A DNA stretch of 64,000 nt from Leucoraja erinacea (taxonomy: Eukaryota). Positions 39,695 through 50,836 of this stretch are shown in pieces. The notes beneath the pieces were generated by a model, which was given only the letters and a program-made list of their open reading frames with translations, did no database searches and had not been told where the DNA came from. A program made the position numbers and the translations under genes. Positions within the stretch are counted from its first letter, which is position 1; the number at the start of each line of letters is the position of its first letter. Where the stretch lies: NCBI RefSeq assembly GCF_028641065.1, contig NC_073395.1:6944001-7008000 (forward strand). Reading direction: 5' to 3'.

Positions 39695-40515
39695 CAGTAA
39701 CATCTCTGGTATACCGGCGAGCAAAGATCCCGTAACGGTCGTTGTGCTTGGTGTCCATTGTCACAACGACCGTTATCGGGGTCGGTACCTCCGTAAGTTA
39801 AACCACGGAGGCTCCAAACCTCTAATGCTTTTCAAAAACACAACGAAGTATCCTATGGTCGTTGTAATTTTTGGGCGAGTTAACTACTTTTTCTTATTTT
39901 CCAACTCAATATATCAAAAACATCGCGGCGTCAAAAACGCAATGACCATTTATATTTTCCGACTTTTTAAAATTAATTTAAAAAAAAATTCTGACATGAA
40001 TTGGTCATCAAAACTAAGAAACTGAGCCTATTTTAAATTTGGCAACACATTATCTCTTGTTTACCTTTCTTACAGACCAAGTCGCTAATTTCATTCCTTC
40101 CTATCAACTTCCGGAAGCTCCACAACGACCGTTACGGAGACATTTTTACTTACTAAAAAATCATCCCAAATCAAACCTTCTGACGAATCATCGGCCATCG
40201 ATATAGCTCAATTCCATAAGGTAATGTTCACATTGGTGAAAATGTTTGGTTTTCACTAATAATGTAACTTTCGTTTTCTGGGACACCAAACCTTTTATTG
40301 TCCACCACAACATACCTTTGTGTGTATGTGTAACGCACGTTGCGGTGTCCACTCAGATGGATGCAGTATTTTACCACATGATCACATGAAGTGGAAACGG
40401 TGTTTGCAATTTTATTGTTCCATGTGGTATTCATAAACATAGAAAGGAATAAGACATACATGCACTTACTGTGCCAACCTGGTCACTGGTGGACACCACG
40501 CGACAACCGTTACAC
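39695..40515. mobile_element. Unclassified DNA-transposon-like remnant with repeated ACAACGACCGTTA motifs
   Basis: Starts TA|CAGTAACATCTC; 14-bp perfect IR (39733-39746 / 39762-39775); motif recurs near 39855, 40121 and 40500; CpG-richer than flanks. Boundaries approximate. Confidence 0.5.
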
Positions 40516-40602
40516 AAAATGTATTTGTTTTTTCTGAAGGAAGACAAAAATGCTGACGAAACTCATCGGTTGAGGCAGCATCTATGGAGCGAAGGAATAG
40601 GG

Positions 40603-40630
40603 GACGTTTCGGGTCGAGACCCTTCTTCAG
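40603..40630 (-). ncRNA. Minimal hammerhead-ribozyme-like core, sense to the NUP50 pre-mRNA (intron 1), in element ~40541-40630
   Basis: Minus strand CTGAAGAAGGGTCTCGACCCGAAACGTC; core intact, but flanks give no convincing helix I. Confidence 0.55.
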
Positions 40631-43600
40631 ATATATTCTTATGCCATTTTCGGAAACTTGCCATCAATATGCTATCCTTTTAATATTTTTTATTGATACC
40701 ATGTTAGTCATGAACCCAATAAAGTGCTCATCAACTTTTGAAGGGATTTGAAATTTGACCCCCTTTGTCACATTATTGTGTGCAGTATTGTAAAAATACA
40801 CATTGCAATGCAACCAATTCCTTTGTACTAGACTGCAATCACTGGAATTCAATACATTAAAATCTAATTTAAGTAACAAATTGCTACATAAGAAAAAATA
40901 ATTAATAACATAATATCTATGCTGAACATGGTTGAGGGAAAGGCAGTGGCCAGGATATTACAAGAATCTACTGTGTTTCTGAGCAGTTCAGGGATCTCTT
41001 ATTTAGTTAAAAGACTATTTTGCAAGAGAACCCGAAAGATAATGTAATCAAAGGGCCAAATAAAGCAGGATCTTCCCTATGCCCGACACTTACTTGGTTG
41101 TATGTGAAGCAGTGATCAAACTGATTCATCATATCCAGATGTCTTGCAAAGGCAGGGCAAGTAGGTCCAGAGGGGCACTACCAATGTCTTATTTTCATCA
41201 AAGCAAGGGATGGAGCACTGTCTCCAGTCACAGACAGGAACGCAAAAGTGTTTTATAATTCGACACATTTAAAGACCAATATTACTTTAAATAATTGAAT
41301 CTTTACAATTTTTAAAGATTTAAAATTGAAAACATTAAAACAAACTAAGATAAAATTATTCAATTTTTGAATTATTTACCCGTTTCCTCCCATTTTCCAG
41401 AATACAAACTGCAATTAAGATTGAATGGGGTCTCCAATACTATGCTAGATCTCACTGAACCTAGGATCACAGAAACAAATTTTACAGTAGTATGCTGGGA
41501 ATCCTAAGACAGGGCTATGCAGATGAACTTTACAGAGTCCAGTGACAGGGTGGACTGACATGTATTTCAGAGGGGCTCAACATTGACGACAGACATCACA
41601 ATCATTCCCAATAATTAAAGCGAGATATAAACTCAGTTTGAAAATCAAGTCCCTAACTGGGCTATAATATTATGATGTTAAGACAAGTGAGGGAAAAGGA
41701 GGATTTTATCCCTCAAGCGGAATATCCTGCTAATTACAGGACAACAGGTGATTGTTAAAACATGTTTTTTAAATGGAATACCATCACAAAAGAGAAGGGC
41801 AATACTTTAATGAAGTGATATTTGACGAGGCATAGGTCTTAAACCAAGAGAAGATTTCCATCTTTACAATGTTGGCTGGACTTTAATTCTGGTACTGAAC
41901 ATAAAATAGCCGTGCCGAGCCCACTGTGCAAACCATTCTTTCCCATAAATGTTATTAACTGGAGAATATATGCTACCTATTAGGTCATAATAGCTTTGGA
42001 AATATAAAGAACAATTATTCACTCTATTAAATCCCATAGGGAGCAAGATTGCTAATAATGACATTAAGCCTTTATTAGAAGTGAATTTGCCATTTTTCAC
42101 AAGAGGACATGTTTTTTTTTAAATCAGTGTTTTCTTAAGACCTGTGCCATGAACATGGAGGAGAGAATCTGAAGGATAAAGGAAAAGTAATTTTACCTTG
42201 GTAATTCCTTCATTAAGATGGGCCCCAAAGACAGTTCTGTTCTCCAGATGCATAAAAGCTAACTCATTTTTGAAAAAAATTACAAAACACCCACTTCTTC
42301 ACTAATATTTATTTGAGTTGATTAACGCTTCTGAAAAAGAGTTCTAACTCCATTGTTTTTGATTCCCAAGCTTCCGTTCTCAAACCGCATACACAAGGAG
42401 CTCAGATTCTATTCATGGTTGGTGTTTCGGAGTAGCTTGATGGATGATCGGAATACACTAATCAAAGAAGACTCATTTAGTGGAATCAATCATCGGAAAA
42501 CAGTTCCAGAAACAGTTTTATGGCGACTTAACTTTGCACATTCATGTTGAAAAAATTATTGATTCAATCTTTTGAAATTGATTATTTTCTTCATTCTTGA
42601 ACTTTTCTACAATAATCCATGTTATCATACTTTACTATATTTTCTACCGCATGCCACTGCATGTATTATGTAAACATAATTTACTACTAAAAGTAAAAAA
42701 TATGATGGGAACAAGAATTTATTCTGAAATAATTTATCAGAGAATCACCGATTGTCAGTTAATCACACAAGCTTTGCTTGCATAACCTAACATTATCTGG
42801 TAACTTCAACTTGTTACCATTGTATAATGAGTCCATGATGTCTTGGTATTGGTATTAGTATAGGTTGTTATTGTTACATGTACAGAGGTACAGCAGAAAA
42901 ACTTGTTTTGTGTGTTATCCGAAGAAAGGAAAAAGGAGGATGAGGTTGGTTAATGCGGACCGAGCTGAGGTGTTCGGCGAAACGATCGCCAAGCCTATGC
43001 CTTGGGAGAGAAGGCTTGACATCATGCTACCAAACTCTTTCTCCTTCCTGTACTCTGTAACTCCTTGTTTGAGATACAGCCCAGTACGATGTTAAGAACT
43101 ACAGCAAAAAGCTGAGAAAGCAGCCTTGCGGGCTGCTGCGTTGAGAATGATTGTCGAGGATGTTTATGCCTATCCTTACTGTAGGCAGTCTATGAGCCAG
43201 AAAGTAAAAGGACCCAGTTGCAGTGCTGAGTGCCGAGTCCTAGTTTCAGATGAATTTGGTTGGAATTATGGTATTGAAGGTAGTCAATATATAATCACTG
43301 ACTAAAAGAATCATTGTCCGAAGGGTCCCGACCCGAAATATCCCCTTATCCACATTCTCCAGAGATGCTGCCTGACCCGCTGAATTACTCCAGCACTTTG
43401 TCATTATTATAAATCATTGTAAAATCATATTCATTATAGTCAATGAATATAAGCTATTATTATCATTCATCTAACTATTTGTGGTTTCGTTTTTGATTAA
43501 CTTCAGTGCCCATAATTTCACATTTTCAAAGAAAATAATTTTACAGATAAAATAATGAAAAACATACAATGTTTCATTCATATATACAAAACATACATGT

Positions 43601-44849
43601 TCAGCAAATGCAATGAATACAAAACATCAGCACGTTAATGTTACAATAAGTATTTATCTGATAACTTCAACAACAAAATGCCAATACTGTTGATACACTT
43701 TTCTGCATACAGAGCATTTTCTCTCCCTACAGAGTAACACACAAAAGACATGTAATAACAGAAGAGCCCACATTAAAGATAAAACGAGCACTGATCAGAC
43801 TGATACTACAAGTCACATAAGAGCTCCAAACAGCAAGATCATTTTGTCAATTGTGTTAAAAAGAACTTCAGTGACCTTCACAATTCCTGTATCAATTTAT
43901 CAAGGAATCAAACATAACCGAAATTAACAACGACACATATACAATCAATTGAACCGACCTCCAATTCCATGCTTTCCATAATCGAACAATTACATACTCC
44001 CAGTAGGGGTCGCTGGGCAGCGGATAAGGATTGAGATCATACCATTTCCAACCCGATTAATTTTAATTCTTAATGACTCGTAATAAGACATCTTAACTCA
44101 GACCAGCTATCAGAGATCACAAATCAAACCTGCAATCTGCCCCAAGCCTGTGTAATCCAACTAATCTATTAACAAACCACATCAATCGAATCCATTTTTA
44201 AAACACCATTATGAAAAATATCTTGGAAATGTTTTGGATCAATTGAATTATGACATTCAATGTAAACTGGGCAATATATATGCTCAAAACAAATGCACTG
44301 CTGATCGCTTTCATCATTCCTACCCTCTTTAGTTATCTTCAAGAAGGATGCTATTTCCCCAACCCGAAGAAATTTCAACTTCGTCCGTGTAGACAAAAGC
44401 TTGAAAATAAACGTGTTTTTCCAACGATAATTGATCCCTTCCATCGCAGCAAAAGCTCCCAGGAAACGGCGCAGCCAAGCCAAGGCGACCCGCATGTGGG
44501 CAAAGCAGAGCACAACTCTGCGCTCATCCCCGCCAAACAATCACATTGCGGCTCCGAGCCAGCGCCGGCCACAATGACCGGGACCACATCATCAAGTTGG
44601 GTTGACTCATTCACACAAAGTGAACACGTTTTTTGAAAGAAAACAACAAAATGCCCTCACACGGGTCTCCTCGGTGTCCCACAGCCTCGCTATTGCTCTC
44701 CTTTGATTCTTTTCAATCAAATAATAGACTATACATGATTACAATCAAGCCGTCCGATACTGGATAAAGAATACAACATTCAGTGCAGGATAAAGTCCGA
44801 CTAAAGATAGTTTGAAGGTTGCCAATGAGGTAGATGGGTGGTCAGGACA

Positions 44850-45670
44850 GAATCCCTTAGTCCTTATCCCATCAGACGTCCCCTCCGTTGCAACATAGAC
44901 ACAGTTCCCATAACCCTCACCCTTCACCCCATTAGCAGTCGCATACAGCACATAATCATCCGACATTTTCGCCAACTCCAAAATGATCCCACCACTAGCC
45001 ACATCTTCTCATCTCCACCCCTTTCAGCTGAGACTGTTTCCTCCGCAACTCTCTGGTTAACTCATCACTTCCCACCCAAACCACCCCCTCCCCAGGTACT
45101 CTCCCCCCCACCCCACCAGCAACCTCAGGAGATGCAACACCTGTCCTTATACCTACTCCTTCCACTCGGTCCAGGGAGCCCGACAGTCCTTTCAGGTGGG
45201 TCAGGTTCACTTGCACCTCCTCCAACCTCACCTACTGTAGCTGCTGTTCCAGATGTGGATTCCTTTACATTGGCGAAACCAAACGTAGACTGGGCGATCG
45301 TTTATCTGAACATCTCCTCAGTCCGCCTGGGCATACCTGATCTCCCGGTTGCCAAACACTTTAACCCTCCCATTCCCATACTGACCTTTCTGTCCTGGGC
45401 CTTCTCTACTGTCATTGTGAAGCCAAACGAAGAAACAGCACCTCATATTTCACCAACAATGAAACATTCTACATTTCCTTGACTATCGTCTGCTTTGATT
45501 TGTCGTTCTCACACCTTGACCTTCCATATCTCTAGCCTCCCTCTCCCCCGATTATCACAGACTGAAGAAGGGTCTCCCATTAGAGACGTCTCCCATTAAA
45601 CATCACCCATTCCTTCTCTCCAGAGATGCTGCCTGACCCGCTGAGTTACGCCAGCATGCTTTGTGTCTAT
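44850..45670 (+). mobile_element. Penelope-like retroelement remnant
   Basis: VPITLTLHP, IIIRHFRQLQNDPTTSHIF, CSRCG-like/YIGETKRRLGDR and LPVAKHFN peptides in shifting frames; same pLTR-like tail at ~45560. Confidence 0.85.
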
Positions 45671-45718
45671 CCACATTATCAAATTGGGTTGACTCACACA
45701 CAACATGACCACACACTT

Positions 45719-45951
45719 TGCTGGTTTAAACCGAAAGTAGACACAAAATGCTGGAGTAACTCAGTGGGTACAGGCAGAATTTCTGGAGAGAAGGAATGGG
45801 TGACGTTTCAGGTCGAGATTACTTCCTTAGTCGTCTGAAGAAGGGCCTAACATCACCCATTCCTTCTCGCCAGAGATGCTGCCTGTCCCACTGAGTCACT
45901 CCAGCATTTTGTGTCTACTTTCGGTTTAAACCAGCAACTGTAGTTCCTTCC
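45719..45951. mobile_element. Penelope-derived palindromic insertion
   Basis: Arms TGCTGGTTTAAACCGAAAGTAGACACAAAATGCTGGAG... and its complement ending GTTTAAACCAGCA. Confidence 0.8.
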
Positions 45952-46299
45952 TGAACAATATGCCTACGCTTTGCTGCAACGATATCTTTAGTCAGAGAGG
46001 GTGGTGAACCTGCGGAATTCATTGCCACAGGAGCCTGTGGAGGCCAAGTCAGTGGCTATTTTTTTTAAGGCGGAGATAGATAGATTCTTGATTAGTGCGG
46101 GTGCCAGGGGAGAAGGTAAGGAGAATGGTGTTGGGAGGGAGAGATAGAGCGGCCATGATGGGCCGAATGGACTAATTCTGCTCCTACAACTTATGAACGA
46201 TTGTCCAGCTGCTCCGGCTCCGTCTGCTTTGTAATAAAATGTCACAGAGGGGGCAATAAAAATGCTGCTGTGGTGGGGATGGGGTGGTGGAAAATCTGG

Positions 46300-46770
46300 G
46301 CCAGGGCCTGTGAAAGGCCGTTTAGATTATTTTTTTTAATGCCCCTTGTTCCTGAGAGCCGCCTGCGTGTGTGAGGTGGTGAAACGCAGCCGTGTTGTGT
46401 GTATGTGTGTGAGGGGATCGTGCATTTAATCCTGCAGCGTGTGGCTCACACACACACGCTCGCTCGCGCCGTTTGTGCCCAGGAGACGGTTATTATTTGA
46501 ATCCGGGGCAGGAGGACGGCTGGAGGCAGGAGGAGAAGGAGAAGCTCGGCTCACCTCAGGTAGGCGACGTTCTGCCCCCCCTGGTAAGGCCTTCGACAAG
46601 CAATGATCTCGGTCTCCCAGCCGGGCCCCGGTTGCCAGCGCCGTATATTCGGTTTTTCCCCCCCCGCCTCCCTCACACCAGATCCCGGCCGCTCACTCAC
46701 CGCTGAGGGAAGGCCGCCATTTTGTCGGCAAATGGCGGGGCCCCGCGCATGCTCCCCAGCCAGAGCCTCC
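46300..46770 (-). promoter_or_regulatory. NUP50: CpG island / NUP50 promoter and first exon with two candidate splice donors
   Basis: The most conspicuous CpG-rich non-repeat patch upstream of the ATG exon. Donors GCG|GTGAGT (exon end 46701) and GAG|GTGAGC (exon end 46555). TSS not determinable from sequence. Confidence 0.75.
46714..46738. promoter_or_regulatory. Inverted pair of YY1-type motifs
   Basis: CCGCCATTTT (46714-46723) and AAATGGCGG (46730-46738); 9-bp perfect inverted repeat with a 7-nt spacer. CGCCATnTT is the YY1 consensus. Confidence 0.65.
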
Positions 46771-47465
46771 CACCTTCTCTCCCTCCCTCCCACCTTCTCN
46801 NNNNNNNNNNNNNNNNNNNNNNNNNNNNNNNNNNNNNNNNNNNNNNNNNNNNNNNNNNNNNNNNNNNNNNNNNNNNNNNNNNNNNNNNNNNNNNNNNNNN
46901 NNNNNNNNNNNNNNNNNNNNNNNNNNNNNNNNNNNNNNNNNNNNNNNNNNNNNNNNNNNNNNNNNNNNNNNNNNNNNNNNNNNNNTCCTCTCTCTCTCCC
47001 TCCCACACCTCTCCCTCTCCCTCCCTCCCCTTCTCTCCCTCCCTCCCACCTTCTCTCCCTCCTTCTCTCCTCCCCTCCCACCTCTCTCTCCCCCCTCTCC
47101 CACCTTCTCTCTCTCCCCCCCCCATCCTTTCTCTCTCCCCCCCCCCCATCCTTTCTCCCCCCCCCCCTCCTCTCTCCCCCCCCCATCCTTTTCTCTCCCC
47201 CCCATCCTCTCTCCCCCCCCCCCCATCCTTTCTCTCCCTCCCCTCTCTCTCCCCCCCCCCCCTCTCTCTCCTCCCTCTCTCCCCCCCCCATCCTTTCTCT
47301 CCCCCCCATCCTTTCTCCCCCCCCCATCCTTTCTCCCCCCCCCCCCATCCTTTCTCCTCCCCCCCCTCTCTCCCCCCCCCCATCCTTTCTCCCCCCCCCC
47401 CCCATCCTTTCTCTCGCCCCCCTCCCCCCCCCCCCATCCTTTCTCTCCCCCCCCCATCCTCTCTT
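46765..47465. repeat. Polypyrimidine/polypurine minisatellite (CCCACCTTCTCTCCCT and C(n)ATCCTTTCTCT units) containing an assembly gap
   Basis: Directly visible C/T-rich tract with many C-runs; 186 N at 46800-46985. Confidence 0.95.
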
Positions 47466-47550
47466 GTTCATTAGTCAATGAAAGTAAGCGTGCAAGTACA
47501 GCAGGCAGTGAAGAAAGCGAATGGCATGTTGGCCTTCATAACAAGAGGGA

Positions 47551-47819
47551 CTTAATTATATAGAAGGCAAGGCAACTTTAATTAGGCAACACAGCTTTAG
47601 CAATTCCAAACCAAAGGCAACATAGCTTTAGCATTTCCAAACCAAAGGCAACACAGCTTTAGCATATATTTTATTAGCAAAAATCCTCTTGTCCTGCGCA
47701 GCAGAGGGGGACTCCGAGTAAGATGGCCAAAAATCACAGCCGTAAGTGGCAGTGTTTTTACTAGAATCAATATGCAGAACAACAGGAAGTGGTCAAGATC
47801 AGACTTTTAATAATATAGA
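47551..47819 (-). mobile_element. Helitron-like non-autonomous fragment (5' end) with a 31-bp tandem repeat
   Basis: Minus strand begins A|TCTATATTATTAAAAGTCTGATCTTGACC (Helitron-type TC start). 31-bp units at 47584, 47615, 47646; homologous to 52770-52892 and 53350-53491. Confidence 0.55.
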
Positions 47820-47924
47820 TAATAGACTTTATTTATATTTCTATGATTCTACAGACCTTGTCTGGGAACCTGGGGCTCACCAAAATTATTCCCAATTGGG
47901 CCCCCCGTGCCTCCTAAGGCCGGC

Positions 47925-48375
47925 CCTGATGGTGGGACTGTCACATGCTGAGAGAATGGAGCAGCTGGGCTTGTATACTCTGGAATTTAGAAGGATGAGA
48001 AGGGATCTTATTGAAACATATAAGATTATAAAGGGTTTGGACACGCTAGAGGCAGGAAACATGTTCCCGATGTTAGGGGAGTCCAGAAGCAGGATCCACA
48101 GTTTAAGAATAAGGGGTAAGCTATTTAGAAAGCAGATGAGGAAACACTTTTTCCACACAGAGAGTTGTGAGTCTGTGGAATTGTCTGCCTCGGAGGGCGG
48201 CGGAGGCCGGTTCTCTGGATACATTCAAGAGAGAGCTGGATAGGGCTCGTTAAGATAGCGGAGTCAGGGGATATGGGGAGAAGGCAGGAACGGGGTATTG
48301 ATTAGGGATGATCAGCCATGATCACATTGAATGGCGGTGCTGGCTCGAATGGCCTACCCCTGCACCTATTGTCTA
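47925..48375 (+). mobile_element. CR1 3' fragment followed by an antisense SINE head (48380-48468)
   Basis: GLSHAERMEQLGLYTLEFRRMRRDLIETYKIIKGLD peptide; CR1 3' hairpin and tail. Confidence 0.88.
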
Positions 48376-49845
48376 ACTCCGTGCAGATGACACCCGTAGT
48401 CGGGATCGAACCCGGGTCTCCAGCGCTGCATTTGCTGTAAGGCAGCAACTCTACCGCTGTGCCACCATGAAACATCCTCAACACATTCACTCTATCCAGT
48501 CCAATGAAAACTATTATCAAATTTATCTCAGTCAAAACCAGGTGGTAAGTGACATTTTAAAGTATGCAAATCTCCTGCTTATCAATGGAACATGTATCAG
48601 ACAAAGATGACTGGTATCATCTGCAGGTCTGATGGTCTCATCTGCACCTTTTGCACCTAACACTCATCTGCACCTTTTCCAGAAAAGTCATTCATATTAA
48701 ATTCATTTTCTGAAGAGATTTTGGTTAACGTTCTGAGATGAAGCATTATTCCATCAAATATTAAATCTGATGATGACTGGCTGTGGATAACAAAGGTAGA
48801 GTACAAGAATAGGCCTTTCGGCCCACATCATGCTAAATCATTATTAATCTCGTCTGCCTTCACACAATCCAAAAATAGACACAAAATGCTGTAGTAACTC
48901 AGTGGGACAGGCAGCATCTCTGGGGAGGAGGGATGGGTGACGTTTCAGGTCGAGACCTTCCTTCATTCTCGACCCGAAACGTCACCTATTCCTTCTCTCC
49001 AGAGATGCAGCTTGCCCCGCTGATTTACTCCAACATTTTATATATCTTCGGTGTAAACCAGTATCTGCAGTTCCTTCCCTCCCATGATCCATACACTTCC
49101 ATTCCCTGCACATCCGCTTGCCCATCTAAAAGCCGCTGTTGTATCTGCATTCACCACGACCACCACATTCCAGGCTAGTCACTAAAAAGAAAACTTGCTG
49201 CACACATCTCCTTTAAACTTTGCCTCTTGCATCTTAAAGCTCTCTAGTCTTTGACATTTCCACCCTGGGGAAAAGGTTCGGGCTGTCTTCTGATCAGCAC
49301 GTTATCTAACTGTATTCTACCTAATGGGAACAAATATCAACAAAGCTTTTTTGTCATCACAATTTGTGCCACAGAGTGCGACACACTTAATGGAAGATGG
49401 ATATTTTACTGGTTTATTTAACTCCAAAAATATTCAACTTGTTCGTGCACTACATTTGGTAACCCATCCAACATCCAGTCCAAGAAACAAGGTCAATTGT
49501 TTCACATCTAATCTTCTACATCTAATTTCCGACAACTACAACCCAATGGTAATCAAAAACACAACCACTTTACTTGCGCTGAATGAGTTCCCCCTCAAAG
49601 CCTCCAGACCTGCTGAGTTTTCAACATTTTTGGCTATTAGTTTTTAATTGCAAAGCAAATGACATAGATAGGGCAGAACAACTATTACTGAAGAGCATAA
49701 TCTCTTGACTGTGGCAATGGTCAGTAGAATAACGTATCAAAGGTCAAGCACATGGTTATTAAAGGTACACTTTACCCTCATATGCAACATTGTTTGGCTA
49801 CTTTAAACACTGGCAATTATTATCACTCGGGTTCTGATTCTACCA

Positions 49846-50056
49846 AAGGTAGACACAAAATGCTGGAATAACTGAGCAGGACAGGCGGCATCTCTGGATA
49901 GAAGGAATGGATGACGTTTTGGATCGAGACCATCAGACCTGAAGAAGGGTCTCAACCCAAAACACCACCCATTCCTTCTATCCAGAGATGCTGCCTGTCC
50001 CGCTGACCCTCCAGCATCTTCGGTGTAAACCAGCATCTGCAGTTCCTTCCAACACA
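49846..50056. mobile_element. Penelope-derived palindromic insertion; 14-bp TSD (similar copies at 12474-12695 and 48878-49085)
   Basis: TTCTGATTCTACCA at 49832-49845 and 50057-50070. Confidence 0.85.
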
Positions 50057-50555
50057 TTCTGATTCTACCATCGAAACAGTATACCAGCTGGAATGACCCA
50101 TGTTCACAAGACAAATGCTGCTTTCCATCTTTGGTGGCACAACGTTCCAGTTCCAGAGACAAAGTCCAATGCCCACAACGGGGTAGAGATGTTCACATGC
50201 ATACATATCTTTCCTCTGGTGTTGGGTTATATATACCAAAGTTTCAGCTCCAGAAATTCTTGCAATGATTCCAGATTAAAGTGTACTTTTAAGACTTTTA
50301 TTGCATATTCACCTTCAAATCATGACGCTGGCAGAAACTCCTTTGGCTCTGGCCTTACCAGTAATAACAATAAATCTTCTACTTCTTGAGCATCATTGTG
50401 TTTCTGTTCCATGTTCTTCCTCGGACCTCAATGACCGTGTTCACCTTTAGGAATATTTCCAATTGCTCCAGGCATTGCTCAGTCAGTTCATATTTAATTA
50501 ATCCACTGAGAATCGATCAAATTCTGGAAAATGATAACCAGTGCATATCTAGGGT

Positions 50556-50836
50556 GGGGTGGCACTGCGGTAGAGTTGCTGTCTTATAGCACCTGAGAAC
50601 CGGGTTCAATGCTGTCTATGGGTGCTGTCTGTATGGAATTTGTACGTTCTACCTGATACCGCATGGGCTTTCTCCCACGTTCCAAAGATGTACAGGTTTG
50701 AGGTTAATTGGCTTTGGTAAAATTATAAATTGTCCCTAGTGTGGAGGACAGTGCTTGTAAACGGGAATCGCTGATTGGCACAAACTCGGTGGGCTGTAGG
50801 GCCTGTTTCCGCACTGTATATCTAAAGGAAACTAAA
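50556..50836 (+). mobile_element. HE1/V-SINE-like SINE
   Basis: Same head, V-domain and tail as 19419-19714, with small deletions. Confidence 0.85.

Larger units (their letters stand above)
16815..46770 (-). other. NUP50: NUP50 gene locus (approximate extent from CpG-island first exon to proximal poly(A) site)
   Basis: Seven coding exons join in phase (69+84+178+630+82+119+206=1368 nt, 455 aa). The product has the Nup50 N-terminus MAKRTADKELTDRNWDQEEE, FG-containing middle, QLAALNCSVRDWITKHVNENPLCDLTPIFKDYEKHL and a C-terminal Ran-binding domain. Outer boundaries are inferred. Confidence 0.95.

Noticed and set aside
46551-47481. Five 246-306 aa ORFs (G/E/R-rich or P/S/L-rich)
   Set aside because: Artefacts of a stop-free low-complexity tract and a 186-N gap.
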